A DNA stretch of 64,000 nucleotides from Takakia lepidozioides (taxonomy: Eukaryota > Plantae > Bryophyta), in NCBI GenBank assembly GCA_030704615.1, contig CM060734.1, positions 34,968,001-35,032,000 on the forward strand. The letters are read 5' to 3'. The notes below the pieces were generated by a model that was given only the letters and a program-made list of their open reading frames with translations, was not told the origin of the DNA and searched no databases. A program made the translations under genes and the position numbers. How positions within the stretch are numbered: position 1 is the first letter of the stretch; every line of letters starts with the position of its first letter. Below are positions 25,301-38,805 of this stretch, piece by piece.

Positions 25301-28039
25301 TTTCTGCACAATGAAATGAAATGGTGCTTTATGCACAATGGAAAGACTATGGTTCTAAATTCAAGAACCTGGGTCATGCACATGTACCGTGTAGGTGAGC
25401 ACAAGGATAAGAAATATGAAGAGCTGGTTGCTTGCAACGGTGGTTTCCAGCAGCAGTTCACACCAGGGTAGACTAGCAATTCTCTTGCAGTTCCTGGAGT
25501 GGGGATGCTACTGACCGCGGAGCCATATGCTCTGACTAAGCCTGATAGAGACAGCCCACAGAGAGCTGACAGGTCCTCCATTTCTGACATTGCTCTGAAT
25601 TGATACCTTGAGCAACACATCCTTTCACTCAGTTTCACCAGCAACAGCTTTGGTCACGAATATCTACAGTTCATTTTGGTGGCATTGGGCTGATTTACCA
25701 TGCATGTGGCAGGTGTCACTCTTGAAGCTGGGTGTGGGGTGTGAGAGAAGAGCTGGACCAGGCATCACATGCCATCAGACTGTGGTACATGTATGTCCAT
25801 TTTAGTAGCTGTTCCTATGCTCAAGTCCAATTTGGAGGATCCTCGTCAAAGGGATCCAGTTGTATACATGGAAGACAAAGATGGACACCCCTCCAGACGT
25901 GCCAGACGTCTCTGTCAGTTTCTTCCAAGATCTATAGATGTTGTTTGTCTGTCTCTTTTTCCCCCTCTCCCTTTTTGTACATAGGGAGGTGGTCAGTCAC
26001 CAGCTGTGGAGGTTGCAATACATCTTTGGTTTTCCTGCAAGATGGGTTGGGTGGTCCCTTGCCCAGAATTGACATGGAATGAAGGTTTGGCTTGAAAAGA
26101 CTGCATGTGTGGTTGACCCTTAAAACAGTGACCCTAACAACCAGACACCACATCCACTTGTTGTGGTTTTGGCCATTGAAGTTGCTCTCTTGGATGGAAA
26201 GATGCAGAGATGTTTGTGGTATTGAATCCAATTCTTCCTGTATCTAATTCTGTAGGATTAAGATAAATTACAAATTTAGCAAAGTCTGCAGTCAGGAGTT
26301 GCAGAGTCTATATGGTAAGATTCCATGTGCCAACTTGCCTTGAAATGGAAATACTAGTTTTTTTTGGTTGTCTAGGCCACAGACACCAGGGAAGATCATG
26401 GGAGAAGGGGCATCTGTTTTTATAGGGTCACTGATCTAAGTGCAAGCAGTCGAATCTACATGGTGGTTGTGGCAGAACGCAGCAGTGCACTTTCCACTTC
26501 TTTTGAAAACCAGTGAGGACGACGCCCATCTTTTCAATTTCATACTACCTGGGATATGTACCTGCATGTGTTGCGGCAATTATTTGTTGGGCCACAAATT
26601 GCGTGGTGTACCAAGCACGAATTGTTGGGCTGGGGTATCCTGATCACACTGGATGAAGGAGAAATGTGATAAAATCTGCAACAACCTTCATCCCAGAGTT
26701 GATAAAATAGGCAGAGCTGAGAGAGAAAGGGGAAAAAAGCTTCAATCACGGAACTGCTGTCAGGCCGCACATTTCTCCACACCTAATGAGCATTGACAAA
26801 TCTGTGACGGTCCTAGCATGTAAAAATAAAGGCAACATTTACCAGATGGTCAAAGCCGCTGCGATGTTGATCATGCGCACAGCACACATTCTTGCTGCTG
26901 ACACCTGGGTCAGTTGCGCAGCAGATGTGCTCATTTGCTTGTTGCTTGCTGCGAGATTGCTTGTGAAGGTTCTATGCTCGTGGGACCCACAAGGCAGGAA
27001 GCGGAACACATTTCATTTGCAGGCCACTAAGTTTTTTTTTAATCGGGGACATGACAGTCTTTTTAAGGCCATGGGATACGATGCATTATGGTGGATGCTT
27101 TCCTCTGAATTCATGCCCACAACCCAGGCACGTGGGGTTTCCTATTTCCAGCTGGATTAAGTTACTGCTAAGTAGGAAGCAGCCCGCTATTCTTAGCTTG
27201 AAACAAGCGATTAGGGAGAGGCGAGCAGAGAGTGCTCCATTTGGGCGCCACGTGAGAGGCATGCTGTTGTCGTTAGCGAGCGTGACACCACTTCATTGGT
27301 CTTGTTGGTGTCAGGTGGGCCTCATAATGAATGATCTGCATTACAACTCCTGTGCATCGCACCACAAAGCAGAGTCACAAAATGCAACCCGGGGGTGGTA
27401 AGTACATAGCATGCAAAACTTTTGCTGAAAATAGAATCATCAGCTTCTCACTGAAGCTAGCCCGCGTAGTAAGTTGTTGACAAGGCGAGACTAGTAGCCC
27501 TTCCCTCATTCATTAATCACGGTGGCATTAAGGCGCACACTGTTCGACCCAATGTCAGCGTGATTATTACCATCTCCATTGTTGCAGTGTCAGGGCAGGA
27601 GAGGAGATGGAGAAATCCCATCGGGCCATCCCCAACTCCCGCATATTCACTGCCGTGTCTCAATCTCCATCTTCCCTATTGGAATTGCTTCTCCATCGAA
27701 GTGTCGTGCCGAGCCGCGAAGTGGGTCCCCGCTAGGAGTAACCCACCTCGCAACGCAATGTTATAATGTGTGTGTTTCATAGATTGCATCTACGTGCTGA
27801 CGATTGTTGCTTGCTGCATGGAGCAAGCGTGACGCTTTCCACTCCCAGCGCGCCGGTTGGTAAGAAGTGCAGGTGTGGTCAATAATGGGAAAAACTGAAG
27901 GAAATGATTGAGAGAGAGAATAAGGTGTGGAGGAAGGAGGGCAGCAGAGGAGGACGAGGTAGGTAAGCGAGGGAGAGAGAGAGAGTCAGAATCCGTGAGG
28001 GCGAGCCTTGGCAGAGGCAAGCACCGGCATTTGACTTTA

Positions 28040-28800
28040 TGTCAGCGCGCCTTTCCACCTCCATGCCTCCGATTAATGCACCAGCCTATCGCCACAAAGA
28101 TCAACAGCTGGGCTGCCCGGGCGATTGGCTAAACTCGCCGCACCACTGGTTCCGCTATCTTGCCGGTCAAGACGCCACCCTTTTGACCGGCACTAGTAAG
28201 TTGCCAACCGCGCCAGGTGAGTAGGGGAAGCGTGTGCTGCACAAGCACGCGGTGAAAGACCGCCCGCTTTGACCGCGCTCTTTCGCCGGCAGCTTCCCGC
28301 GGCCCTATTGTGGCGCTCGCCTGCAGCGCTCTCCGGGTCTTCGGCCCCCCCTTTGACCCGCGCCGGGCTAGCCTGGCGCAACCGCGCGGGGGCCTGCGGG
28401 CGGCCGCCGCCGCGGGCGCACGTTGACGGCGGGGTGGTTGTGGTGCGCTGTGCGGCTGGGGCCGTCTCTCTCGCTGCCTCGCACACACCGTCTTCTCTCT
28501 CGAGTCTTTGCGCGAGCTGCTTAGGGCTTGCGAGTTCGAGCGATCGCAGCTCCTCCATGCCAGGCGCGTGAAGGCGTCGCGACAGGGTGTGGTTGTTCGG
28601 TGTGCCGGGGTAGAGACTAGAGACTAGAGACGTGCGGTAGTAGTGTGTTGATTGCGGTGTGGAGGAGGTTCCAACTTGCGTGTGGAGTGACGTTGTGGGG
28701 GAGGGGGTAGGGAGGGCGAGCGTCCTTGCCGCTGGACTCCGCTTGTTGGTGCATGTAATCGACGATTGAAGCGGAGAAGCTGCATAGCTCAAGTCGACGG
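28040..28800. promoter_or_regulatory. GC/CpG-rich island upstream of the F-box/kelch gene
   Basis: Dense CG dinucleotides against a CpG-poor background, followed by a CT-rich 5'UTR-like tract. Confidence 0.6.
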
Positions 28801-28815
28801 AGAGTGAACTCGGGG

Positions 28816-30229
28816 ATGACTAGTGTGGATAGTAGTTTGCCCTGCCCCCCTCAGAATGGGAGAGCGCGGAGCCGGAGTAGCTATCGGAGTAATAAGGCGG
28901 ATGGGATGACTGCTTCTTCTTCAAATAAGACGTTGGGGCGCTACGACATGTGTCAGGAGGTTAGGAAGAGGTCGCGCTCTCAGACTGTGAACCGGATTCG
29001 TATATTGAAAGAGCCTTCTTTGGCGACTAGTGTTGTGTCTGAGCATGGGGAGCTTGGCAACGGAATTGCCATTCCGGAGGACGTTGGGAATCTGCAGAAC
29101 GTGACATCCCGTCAGAGAGAGGACCGGTCGAATGACAACTCGCTGATTCCGGGGTTGACAGACCATGTGGCGCTGGAGTGCATCGCGCGGGTGCCTCGGT
29201 CGTATTACTTGCCGTTGAAGGGTGTTTGTAAGAAATGGCAGAATGCGCTCTCGGGTGTCGATGACGAAGGCCGCAATGATGTCCTTGAGACTCGAAAGCG
29301 GGTGGAGATCAAGGAGGAGTGGGTTGACATGCTGCTGGCCTGTCCCACAATGCTCAGCCTCCCATAGGTACGCAGAAGTGGCGGGCGTTTGATCCCGTTA
29401 GTACGCGGTGGCGATGTCTGCCGGACTGCCCCGTGGATATAACCTTTGAGGTGTCGCGACAAGATTCGGCAGTTGCAGGGACGCAGCTTCTGGTTTGCGG
29501 ACAGTGCTCGAGAGTCATGTATGGAGGTATGATCTCGAGACCAACGAATGGTCTTCAGCGCCAAGGATGATTCAGGATCGCTGTCTTTTTGGGTCAGCAA
29601 ATGCAGGGAAATATGCCTACTTTGCTGGGGGTTCTCACCAGCAGACGACTCTCAAGGCAGCCGCGCTACATCCATCGCTGCTTCAAGCTTGGGAGCCTCT
29701 CCCCGACCTCAACATAGCGCGGAAGTGGTGTTCCGGTTGCATTTTAGACGGTAAATTTCATGTGATCGGAGGGCAGGACCAGGATAGGCATGTCCTCAGT
29801 TCTGCCGAGTATTACGATGAGGTGGAGACCAAGTGGGTTGTGTTGGACTCTATTTGGCCAGTCAGCCCCAATCAGCGCGGAGTCTCGCCTGCTCCCCCTC
29901 TGGTTGCTGTCGTGGACAATGAGTTGTACGCCGTAGATGCTTTCACTATGGAGCTGAAGTGGTACATTAAGAGTACCAACAGTTGGAGAGCGCTAGGACG
30001 GCTGCCGCACAGAAGTGTGGACTCAAGCGGCTGGGGGATGGGTTTCAAAGCAGTTGGTAAGGAGATTTTTGTCATTGGGGGGTCCAGTGAGAATGGGAAT
30101 GGGATCTTCTGTGACGAAATCCATGCCTACAATCCGGATGCCGATGGAGGAGCTCCGATGTGGCGTCATGTATGTCAGCTCTTTTTCTCGAGTGGTTTTA
30201 TTTACAATTGTACTGTGATGACAGTGTGA
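28816..30229 (+). pseudogene. Intronless F-box/kelch-repeat protein gene with two frameshifts
   Basis: F-box SLIPGLTDHVALECIARVPRS..VCKKW; WRAFDP..RWRCLP; kelch repeats RCLFGSA..AYFAGG, RKWCSGCILDGKFHVIGG, PPLVAVVDNELYA, GWGMGFKAVG; C-terminal FIYNCTVM. Frame changes near 29345 and 29503. Confidence 0.88.
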
Positions 30230-33200
30230 TGTATCAGTCTCTCTTCAGAGCTTCTTTTGATGGCCAGAACCAGGTTGCGATCTGGAAATAGACGAGGGGG
30301 AGCAATTTCAGAGAGGTTGTGAGCCTGAATGGAGGGAGGAGCATGAGGTGTCTAAGCGTGAAAGTCGTGAGGGATAGCAAGGGTTATCAACGAAGGGCAT
30401 ATTCATATGGCTCAGTTGTTCAACAAGTTGTTTATGCTTCAAGGCATGTTGTTGCTGGAAGAAGGTTGCCACTCTGCCCAATCTCAAGTCAGCTCAACAG
30501 GACAATTGGACTTGATCTGCCTTGCCAGTTTCTTGGGGAATCTGGTGCAGGTCTTGTCTTGGTCCACAGAGGAATTTGAGGGGAATAAGTGTGAGTTGGG
30601 AGGATCGGTGGATTATTTGTTAGGATCAAAGAAGAGTACAGGCTGGTGGGATTCAATTTGTATAGAGGAAGACAAAGATCCAATTCATTTAGATTGTAAG
30701 GACCTATGTATTACTGAAGTTTGTGTCTGTCTATGTCAGGCCCTGTTCATATGTGGGGCCATAACATCTTTTTGTTGTTTACAACTCTTTGTGTTGTAAT
30801 GGCGGTATCGTTAGCTCGGGTTACGGTCCAACTGTAGATCAGATGACACTGGCAAGTAAGCAAGAATAGCAATGAACTTCTTGGTTTCTGGCCTTCTAAG
30901 AGCAAAAGCGAGTCTGTTACATGGGGGGTGACAAAGTTAGGTCTCAGCAACCACGCCCTTGTTCTGTATTTCATGTAGTGCTAAGGAAGCCACCAGAACT
31001 GGGGTCATTCATCCATGGCTGTCAGTAGCTGTCATGAGAGCTTACCTCTGGGGAGCAGAGAGACATGGGGTTGGTTGGATACCTCCTATGTCTTTGTCTG
31101 CTTCAGGTATCCTCATGAATTTGTTTCATAAATGTAGGGAAGCGTTTAACTTTACACACTTTATGTGTTTCTCAACTTTTGATGGCATCTGATGGGACTG
31201 GCACTGTCCTGTGTCTTCTTTGTAACAGATAACCTATGTTTTGTTTCATAGATTTGTAAATGAAGCTGTACAGAATTATCTCTTGCTTGCTGGCTTATAC
31301 CACCACCTCTACTGGGTTGTTTCCGGATGGACTGCACTATATGCTCAATACTTTGGGAATGTGACTTCAAGCTCTTAGGATACTTTGAGGCATGTTTTTG
31401 TGTAATGATATGTCCATGAATTTGATCGTAGTATTATATGTTATCTACACCGACTGTTGGGAGCTGATGAAGTCAGTGGGGAGTAGTGGTAGCTTGTCAC
31501 TGCCACCAATGATGAAGTCGATGGCCTGAGAGACTCTTTGATTGATAGCACGATGTAGTGACTATGTTGCACTAGTTTAGGTTTTAAGTTGGACAGTACA
31601 TCTGTCTGGTGGTGTACTGTCTGTAATGAGTTGTTATAATGTACTTACGTTGTTTATGTTTCCTGTCTCATACCTAGGGTTTCCTCTCTCATACCTGTGA
31701 ACTGCCGTTCTGAAAGTTTACTTGGGGAGATGATCATGGTCCATGCAAGGCATGGTGGGCTCCCTTTGGCCCTTTCTATTGTGGTGCAGGAATGATGGAG
31801 GGAGGGTTGGCATTGACAGCCAGATTCCCTGCCAGATTGTAAAAAGGCTAATGAAATTACTTCAAGTAGATGGATCAAAGGCTTCAGGCTGGCAAGTGTG
31901 GGTGTGTTCTTCCTGAAGACATCAAGGTAAGATGGGTTGCAGCGAGGCCGAGGTGTAACAAGATGTATCTCTTTCTCAAGTCATTTCCTGCTCATTGCTG
32001 GACTTCATTTGTACTTTTTGGCAAAGGAAGAGTAAATGGAGGGGGGTGGGGAGAGTGTACTGCTGCGCAGCAGGAAATGGCAGGCACTGACGAGTGTTAT
32101 CTTGTAACGACCCCACGGTTGTGCTTTCTGTTGCTTAATCTGTTTGTAGCTGGTTTTGCTTGTTTTTGAGTTCGCATTCACCTATGAGCACTGGAGGATT
32201 ATACACACTTGAGGTGCAGTTGTCCAAGTCCTTTACTGAGCATCAACTCGTCTCAATGGGTGGACCACACCTGAGGAGGTAGAAGTGCTGGTAAGTGAAG
32301 AACTCAAGACAAGGGTTGAAGGGATGAAATGTTGGAAGGAACAAGGGACCCCACTGTCTTGTGAAGCCTCTCGATCTACTGGTTCAAGTTGAATTCTACC
32401 TTCTGATGATCTCCATGCCTTCCAGCTTTGACTCTCTATCAGCTCGAGTCAGGTGATATGTACTAGACCTGTTTCACTTGTTTTTAGGTGTAGTCAAGGG
32501 TTTATTGGAGGAGGTGTGGTACTCAATCTAGCTACCATTCCAGCTAAACATACAGCTAAAGAGAGGCATGTGTTGAGGAATGCACTAGTCTCAATTGTGG
32601 TTTATTGCAGGCGTAAGGGGCATCCTACTGAAGAGTGCTAATTGGACTCCATTGCCGTATTATCACAAGCACTTCAAAGTAACCCTAAATGCTTGCTTAT
32701 GCTGGACACTTTGGTTCAGTGCTTGGATTGTGATGAACTCTGCTTTCTGTAGTACTCAGTCACACTGCAAGGCTACTGAATGAGTGTTGGAGCATTGGTC
32801 ATCATGGCTCCTACCATACTGTCTGCTTTACACACGTACTGTGCATGTATCTCCTGGTAGAGAGACACCCCTTGAAGAATTGCAGTAAACAAGCAAGCAA
32901 AGGCGGCGCTAGAAGGGAGTGCTTTTGCTAGTTCTATATGATGTGCATTAATGTGTTGTTGCCAGTATTCAGCTGCACAGATGGAAACTAGAACTCTCTG
33001 TTCACTTGCCCAGGAGATAAGTAAGAAAGATCTGTGACTTCTCAACAACTGAAGAATGAAGGCAGCTGGGCCATTGCTCCCTGCACCCATGAGGGCTACC
33101 TCCTCTACCTGGAGACTTGAACATCAAGGCACCAGCTTGGGAAGTTCCTTCCATTTTCAGGTGTGGTTGCACCATTCAATACATGTCTTTGTGGATTTGA

Positions 33201-36200
33201 ACCCAGTTTTTGATCAAGAATAAGCCGCAATCAAACCTAATTTGTGGTGTCTGGGATATGTGCCAGAGATGGATCCAGTTAATGGTGCATGTGCTTACTG
33301 TGATTGTGGTCTGGTTGAGTTAGGGAAGCAGCATCACTCATGCCCTCCTGAGGGCTCCCGGTGAGTGATAATCAGACCTACCTGGTCTTCTTGCTGCTTA
33401 CTTGTAGCTAATCTACCAACCAGCCCCCCCATTCCTATCTCTCACTGTCTATTACGTTGGCCCTTTAACTGACCATGCAATGAGAGCTTTCGGCAGCATG
33501 TTTGTTCCAGATTCAGGTCATGTGTTTTCTATCTTCATGTCCACTACAGCTATGATGTCAACACTACTTCCCTGTAGCCAAAGTGTGATTGACTGTGTGA
33601 GGGGTGGGCGACTTTCTCCTACCCACACCAGGAGGGTTGACAACTCACTCCAGGGCTGGTCCAGTGTTCAAAAGTTGGTAATTACAGATCTGTCTGGTGA
33701 TTTGGAAGATTTTTTGTCGCGGGTCTGACTTGTGTTATGAATGTTTCACCAAATTGATGTAGCAGTAAAGAGCTTTTCTTACAAAACTCTGGAATGCCTG
33801 TATCAACCGCAATTTAACTCTGCTATACTGAGTGCCTCAATAGAAGTTACACGTCGGCTCTTTCCTCTTTGCTCTTCAATGTGGGGTTTTTGGCGAAGGG
33901 CTGAGAGGCTGGTGTGTACAACAAATTATCTTAAGGCTTATGGTACAAAATGTAGCATTCTCATGGAGTTTCGCTGCTTTTTCTGTAGGGAATCAAGCCG
34001 GGGTTTCAGGTGTATGAATGTCATGAGCCTCAACTACTCAAGCCCCAAATCAAATGTCATCCATGCTTTGTCCATTGGAGACGTCCAAGAGGGGGGAACA
34101 TCCAAATTTTTATCACTTCATAGTTTGGGAAGCATCAGACATATGGTGCTTGTGGCAGCATGTGCTTGTGTGGGTGATGACTCGCCCACATCTCAAGGAT
34201 GGAGGACCCAAGTAATTTGATATTACTCTATCATCCCTGGCAGGTTGGGAGTATTGCTTGAGCTTTGATGTCAAAGTTCATTATGACCAGGCAGTGAATC
34301 CTCCTACACAAGGGCTTTTATGAACAGGTTCAATGCTTCATTTGGTAGGTAGTCTGAGCAAAATGATGTGACTCACAATGGCTCCCAAATTCAACATTGG
34401 TGGCGATGCCATCCTCCAACTGCCCCTGAAAGTAAGGTCTACCGAGGTCTTTCTACTGGTGCTACATCCGTCACCCATATCCAGCCTCAACCTGGCCGGG
34501 ACCTGCATCCACATTTATCGGGCTGCTGGAAACCACCAAACGAAGTCGTTACTTGGAAACCATGTGTTTTGTAATCAAAGTTTTGCTTCACCAACATCTA
34601 GCAGCAGAAGTGGCCTGATGGCGTCTATCTAAAGTGGTACGGAAGACACTATTTGTTGTGTTATGATCAAGGTCCATTGACCATGGAGGGGTTGAAAACA
34701 ACCCATGTCATGTGACAGATTGAGGTACGCTGATACACTCTGAGTGCTAATGAGAAGAGGTCGACAAGGACATTAAGTCATCTCAACTTTCTAGGTTTTC
34801 CACCTGCATAGTTTACAGAAAACAGAATGAACACATTAGAGGATCAACCTGGGGATGTTTATTTTTGCAAACAATGGAGAGGGATTTGCTGGATGGAGTG
34901 CTGTGGCAGCATTCTACAATTTCATCAAGGGTTCCTTCCACCAAGTGGTGTGCGCAGAGTGGGCGCATTGTAATCATCTGAGGGTCTATGGTCCTCCCTC
35001 CCCAGCAGGCCTCCACCAGTTACCAAGCATGTGCCTTCTCTATTTAGTTCAGAAAGAATATTGTATGTGTTGATGTGTGAACTTCCGGAGGAAAAGTAAA
35101 AAAAATAAGTAAAGCTAGAACTGAGTGACAACATCCTTACATGTTGGTAAGATTCATGTACCCCATCTGCATTGTAACATGCTCAAGTTGTTGGGAACTC
35201 TGTCATCATTCTTGTGGTGTCAATATTATATGACCATCTTATGAAATCTGTTACAAAAGTTGAAATTAGTGCATACCAGGGAACAGAGAGTAAGGATGGT
35301 CTCATAAACAAATGTAGCTGTGTGACTAACTGAAAACTTGAAGGTTGCCAGGTGCCTGGCCACAGTCTGGCAGAAGTTTGACAGTCTAGAACGCTATGAA
35401 GCATGTCGCTCCCATAACTGTACAGACCATGTATGCTGCTGAAGCTGCCTAACTCTCTTTGAGGTCTTCCTCTTACACTTTACTTATCTATCATGTCCTC
35501 TGGGCCTCCTGGGCGTGTCCTAAATTTCTTGACATCTACTTGGAAGCTATGACACAATCGGGTTTATGGCCAGGGGTGGGACTGTGGTGAGTTGTAGTCA
35601 GAGGGAAAGCCTCAAAGTTGAAGCCAGAGAGCTAATTATGAGGTTCTCGATGTTGCCTTTCTGTGGACTTAAATCAAATCCAAGTGATAAGATGTTTGAT
35701 ATGTGTCCTTTGACTGGAAGTGTGAACCTGAATTATAATATAACTATGATTGTCTTGTAGGAATTACACAACGGCTATGTTTAGATCTCTGAAAATCCGG
35801 TGTAAATATATGTGGCCAACTATGAAGATGTACTCTTTCCAGTGTTGAATTGTAAGATTTCTGCCTGGTGTAATGCTTCTGGATGATTAAGTGATAGTTT
35901 GTGCAATGCAATGGTGGTTTGATGGACTGTTTGGTGCAGGTACCCTGGACACGATTTGGGCCTCGGGGGCATCTGAGGACATAGCACCTGAGGCACGGGT
36001 GATAGGGGGTTGTGGAGATGCAGTGAACCTCTTGAATAGGCCCTATTAAGAGGCCCAGTTGTCGGTGCCACATTGCGGCATCTTTACTCTGCACCCTTCT
36101 ACGTACATACAACACTCTTGAGTGACTGGTGGGGCTCGCACGTGACTGCAACTTGCAAGTGGTGGTCTTGACGTTTTCTGTTGTTTAGGATTCATATCTG

Positions 36201-38360
36201 TCAGTCCAGTCCCCATTCCCTCATGTGTAGTGAGAGAGATTACACATAACACGGTGGAATCATAGTGCCTCTAAGACTTGCAGGCAAGCAATACAAGACT
36301 GCTCGGTCGGCTGCCGGAGTTTCTCCAACTGACATCCATCTCATAGAACTGCAGAAGTATACTCCCAAAGCTGAACCCCAAGGCCAAGGTAGCATGTTGC
36401 ACATAACCTGACGGTAGAAGCTGACTGCAGTACAACAACGAAAGGGGATGACCCCACGTCTGCACAACCCTTGGCCATTCCATCATTGACACAAATCTCT
36501 TTTATAACTGCTGTTCATGTGTGGCTAGGGTGGAGAGCCCAATTACCTCATATTTAATGAGAAAATGGTTAATTAAAAGATTAATTACACCAAAAAAAAA
36601 CCTTCTCTTTGGTTGACAAGTGTATTTTGAGAGCTGGGTGTATCACTTCTTTTCGAGTTTGATTTAATTTTTGGTTTTAAAACAAGCTAGCTCTAAGATG
36701 AAACAATGTCATCTTAGAGATTTAGCGAGTGCGCAGCAATAGGTACAGAGACCCAATGGGGCTGAGACCGAAAGAACGGAGCATCTTCATTGGGGTCATT
36801 TGTGTTGTTTTGTCTTGCACATGCACACTTTTCTAAAGGCAGGGAAAAAAATTCAATTTGTTTGTTTTTGACAAGCATGAACTATAGGGTTGTATTTTTT
36901 CCCCTTCAGTAAAACTTGGGTTTTCGAAAAACCAAAAAGAAAAAACTATAATATATGAAAGTCTAATATTCTGAGCAGAATGTGATGCTACCAGCACAGA
37001 AATCTACACACAATAATTGGGCTCTCTGCTCGCTACCCTAAGATGGCATGAACATGTGGCAAGGTTGCTGCAGAAGTTCCATGATGCAGAGGAGGCCAAA
37101 AGCCCAGCAGAGATGTGCTGTACTTACAAAAGCAGGCATCACTCACTTGTTGCAGTGCAGTGCAGTGAAGTGAAGGTAGCCCACCACCCTCCCTCCTGTC
37201 CTTGTTCTGCAACATTGTACTCCTCTCTTGTGCCTTGGACCCACTCACTAGCCTGGTTCCCCATTTGTCCAGAGTCCCTACTTGTGGGAAGGCCCATAGA
37301 TTTAGTTTGGGCCCATGTCCTGTGGGCGCCCAAAAGCATTGCGGGAGGAGAGTGATAATGGAGGATGATTAGGGCAAGCCATGTTCGTCTCCACATTGTA
37401 CACATGTGAAACTCGTGTCCAATCATTAGTGTTCTCATCTGGGACCCAGTGATCAAATGCGGAGCTATGAAGTGAGTCAGGTGTTGGAAGCCCATGGTTC
37501 TTAGTACACAAGTGGGTTGACAAGTGACAGTCCGGTGTCAGTTTTGCCAGTGTTTGCTATTTGAATGCTTAGGCAACCACTGTGTGTGAAGCTCAGGTCA
37601 CTTGATATACCTATTGCACAACTCTTGTACCAAATTCAAACTTCCAAATATCTCCTCTCAATTTTGACTCCTCTAAATTCTAATCTTCTGTTGGTGAACT
37701 TCAAGCATCATGGTCTTCTTATGCAGTTTTCCTTGCGAAATAGAGGTTGTGCGCGTATCAAACATACAAATTTTGATGAGGTGGTGGAAGACTTAGATAA
37801 CTTGTCAATATAGCACAACTTGTCTAAGCTTACGAATCATCATCTAGCATAGTGAAGCTTTTGGCAAGGTTCTACTTTATGGGGCCTCTTACTGTTACAT
37901 GAGTCTTACTCAGTTTGATCCCTATGTAGAATTGCTCTTTTAGAGATGGGCCAAGGAGTTAAGAAGAAACAATAGGTATTTTTTCCTACATTGACAATTT
38001 AGGGCCTCTCTCCTCCTCCATTTGTCGGAGATGAGTCATGTTACCAGTCTTCCCCCTCATATGGATCTAATAAGTTATCCCGCTTTGAACCCTCGTTCTC
38101 CTTAACCCCCTACTTCTTCCATTCTTGTGTAGGTTTAGAATTTAGAGGTAGATCCCCCTTGCTCTCAACGCAACTTCGTTTTGGACATGAAGCCTCTGCT
38201 GACTTTGGTGATAGGATCATGCAAAAAGAAATGACTAACTTTGTTTCGTCATTAGCTTACTGGTGTCATTCCTGATCGGATGCTCCTCCTACAAATTTTG
38301 CATCATACGTTAGCATGTGGTAGGACAGTCGCTTGACCTGCTCTCCGGTGGTTAGATACC

Positions 38361-38805
38361 CTTTTTTTTTTTTTTTTTTTTTAAAACCAAGGGCATGAAG
38401 CCATTTAGTTTATTAGAGAGAAAAAATAAACCCATTAATACCATAAGGTATTAAAACACTTCCGGAGGATGAGGGCCGAGAGCCTAGAACTAACTAGAAA
38501 ACCAAATAAGCCCAAGAGGGCAGGGAAGGGGTGGATGGGCGACCATTATCGACCAACCCCTTACCTTGCAATGATGTCCGAAGATGAATGCAAGAATGAT
38601 CGTATGCATGCAGTGTAACGGCTAGCCTACCCCTAGTCCTCAGCTTGGGAGTAGTCGTGAGAGTGGAGCAGCACACTTCAACGAGGCTGAATTTACTTGT
38701 CGAACCTGAGCTTCACCGGAGCTCCTTCCCTTTATGATATTCAACATGTGGTTTGAACCCGCAACCACTAGTGAGGTGGCTTATGCCCTTAGCTTAGGGA
38801 CTAAA
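38361..38805 (-). mobile_element. Putative tRNA-derived SINE
   Basis: Minus strand: head with B-box-like GGTTCAAACC (~38759-38750), and AATAAA plus an A22 tail at 38382-38361. TSD not established. Confidence 0.4.

Noticed and set aside
22400-27500. Many short ORFs and splice-like signals suggesting decayed exons
   Set aside because: No protein family recognised; needs a BLASTx search.
28129-28792. Long ORFs on both strands (119-199 aa)
   Set aside because: Expected by chance in very GC-rich promoter DNA; no recognisable motifs.
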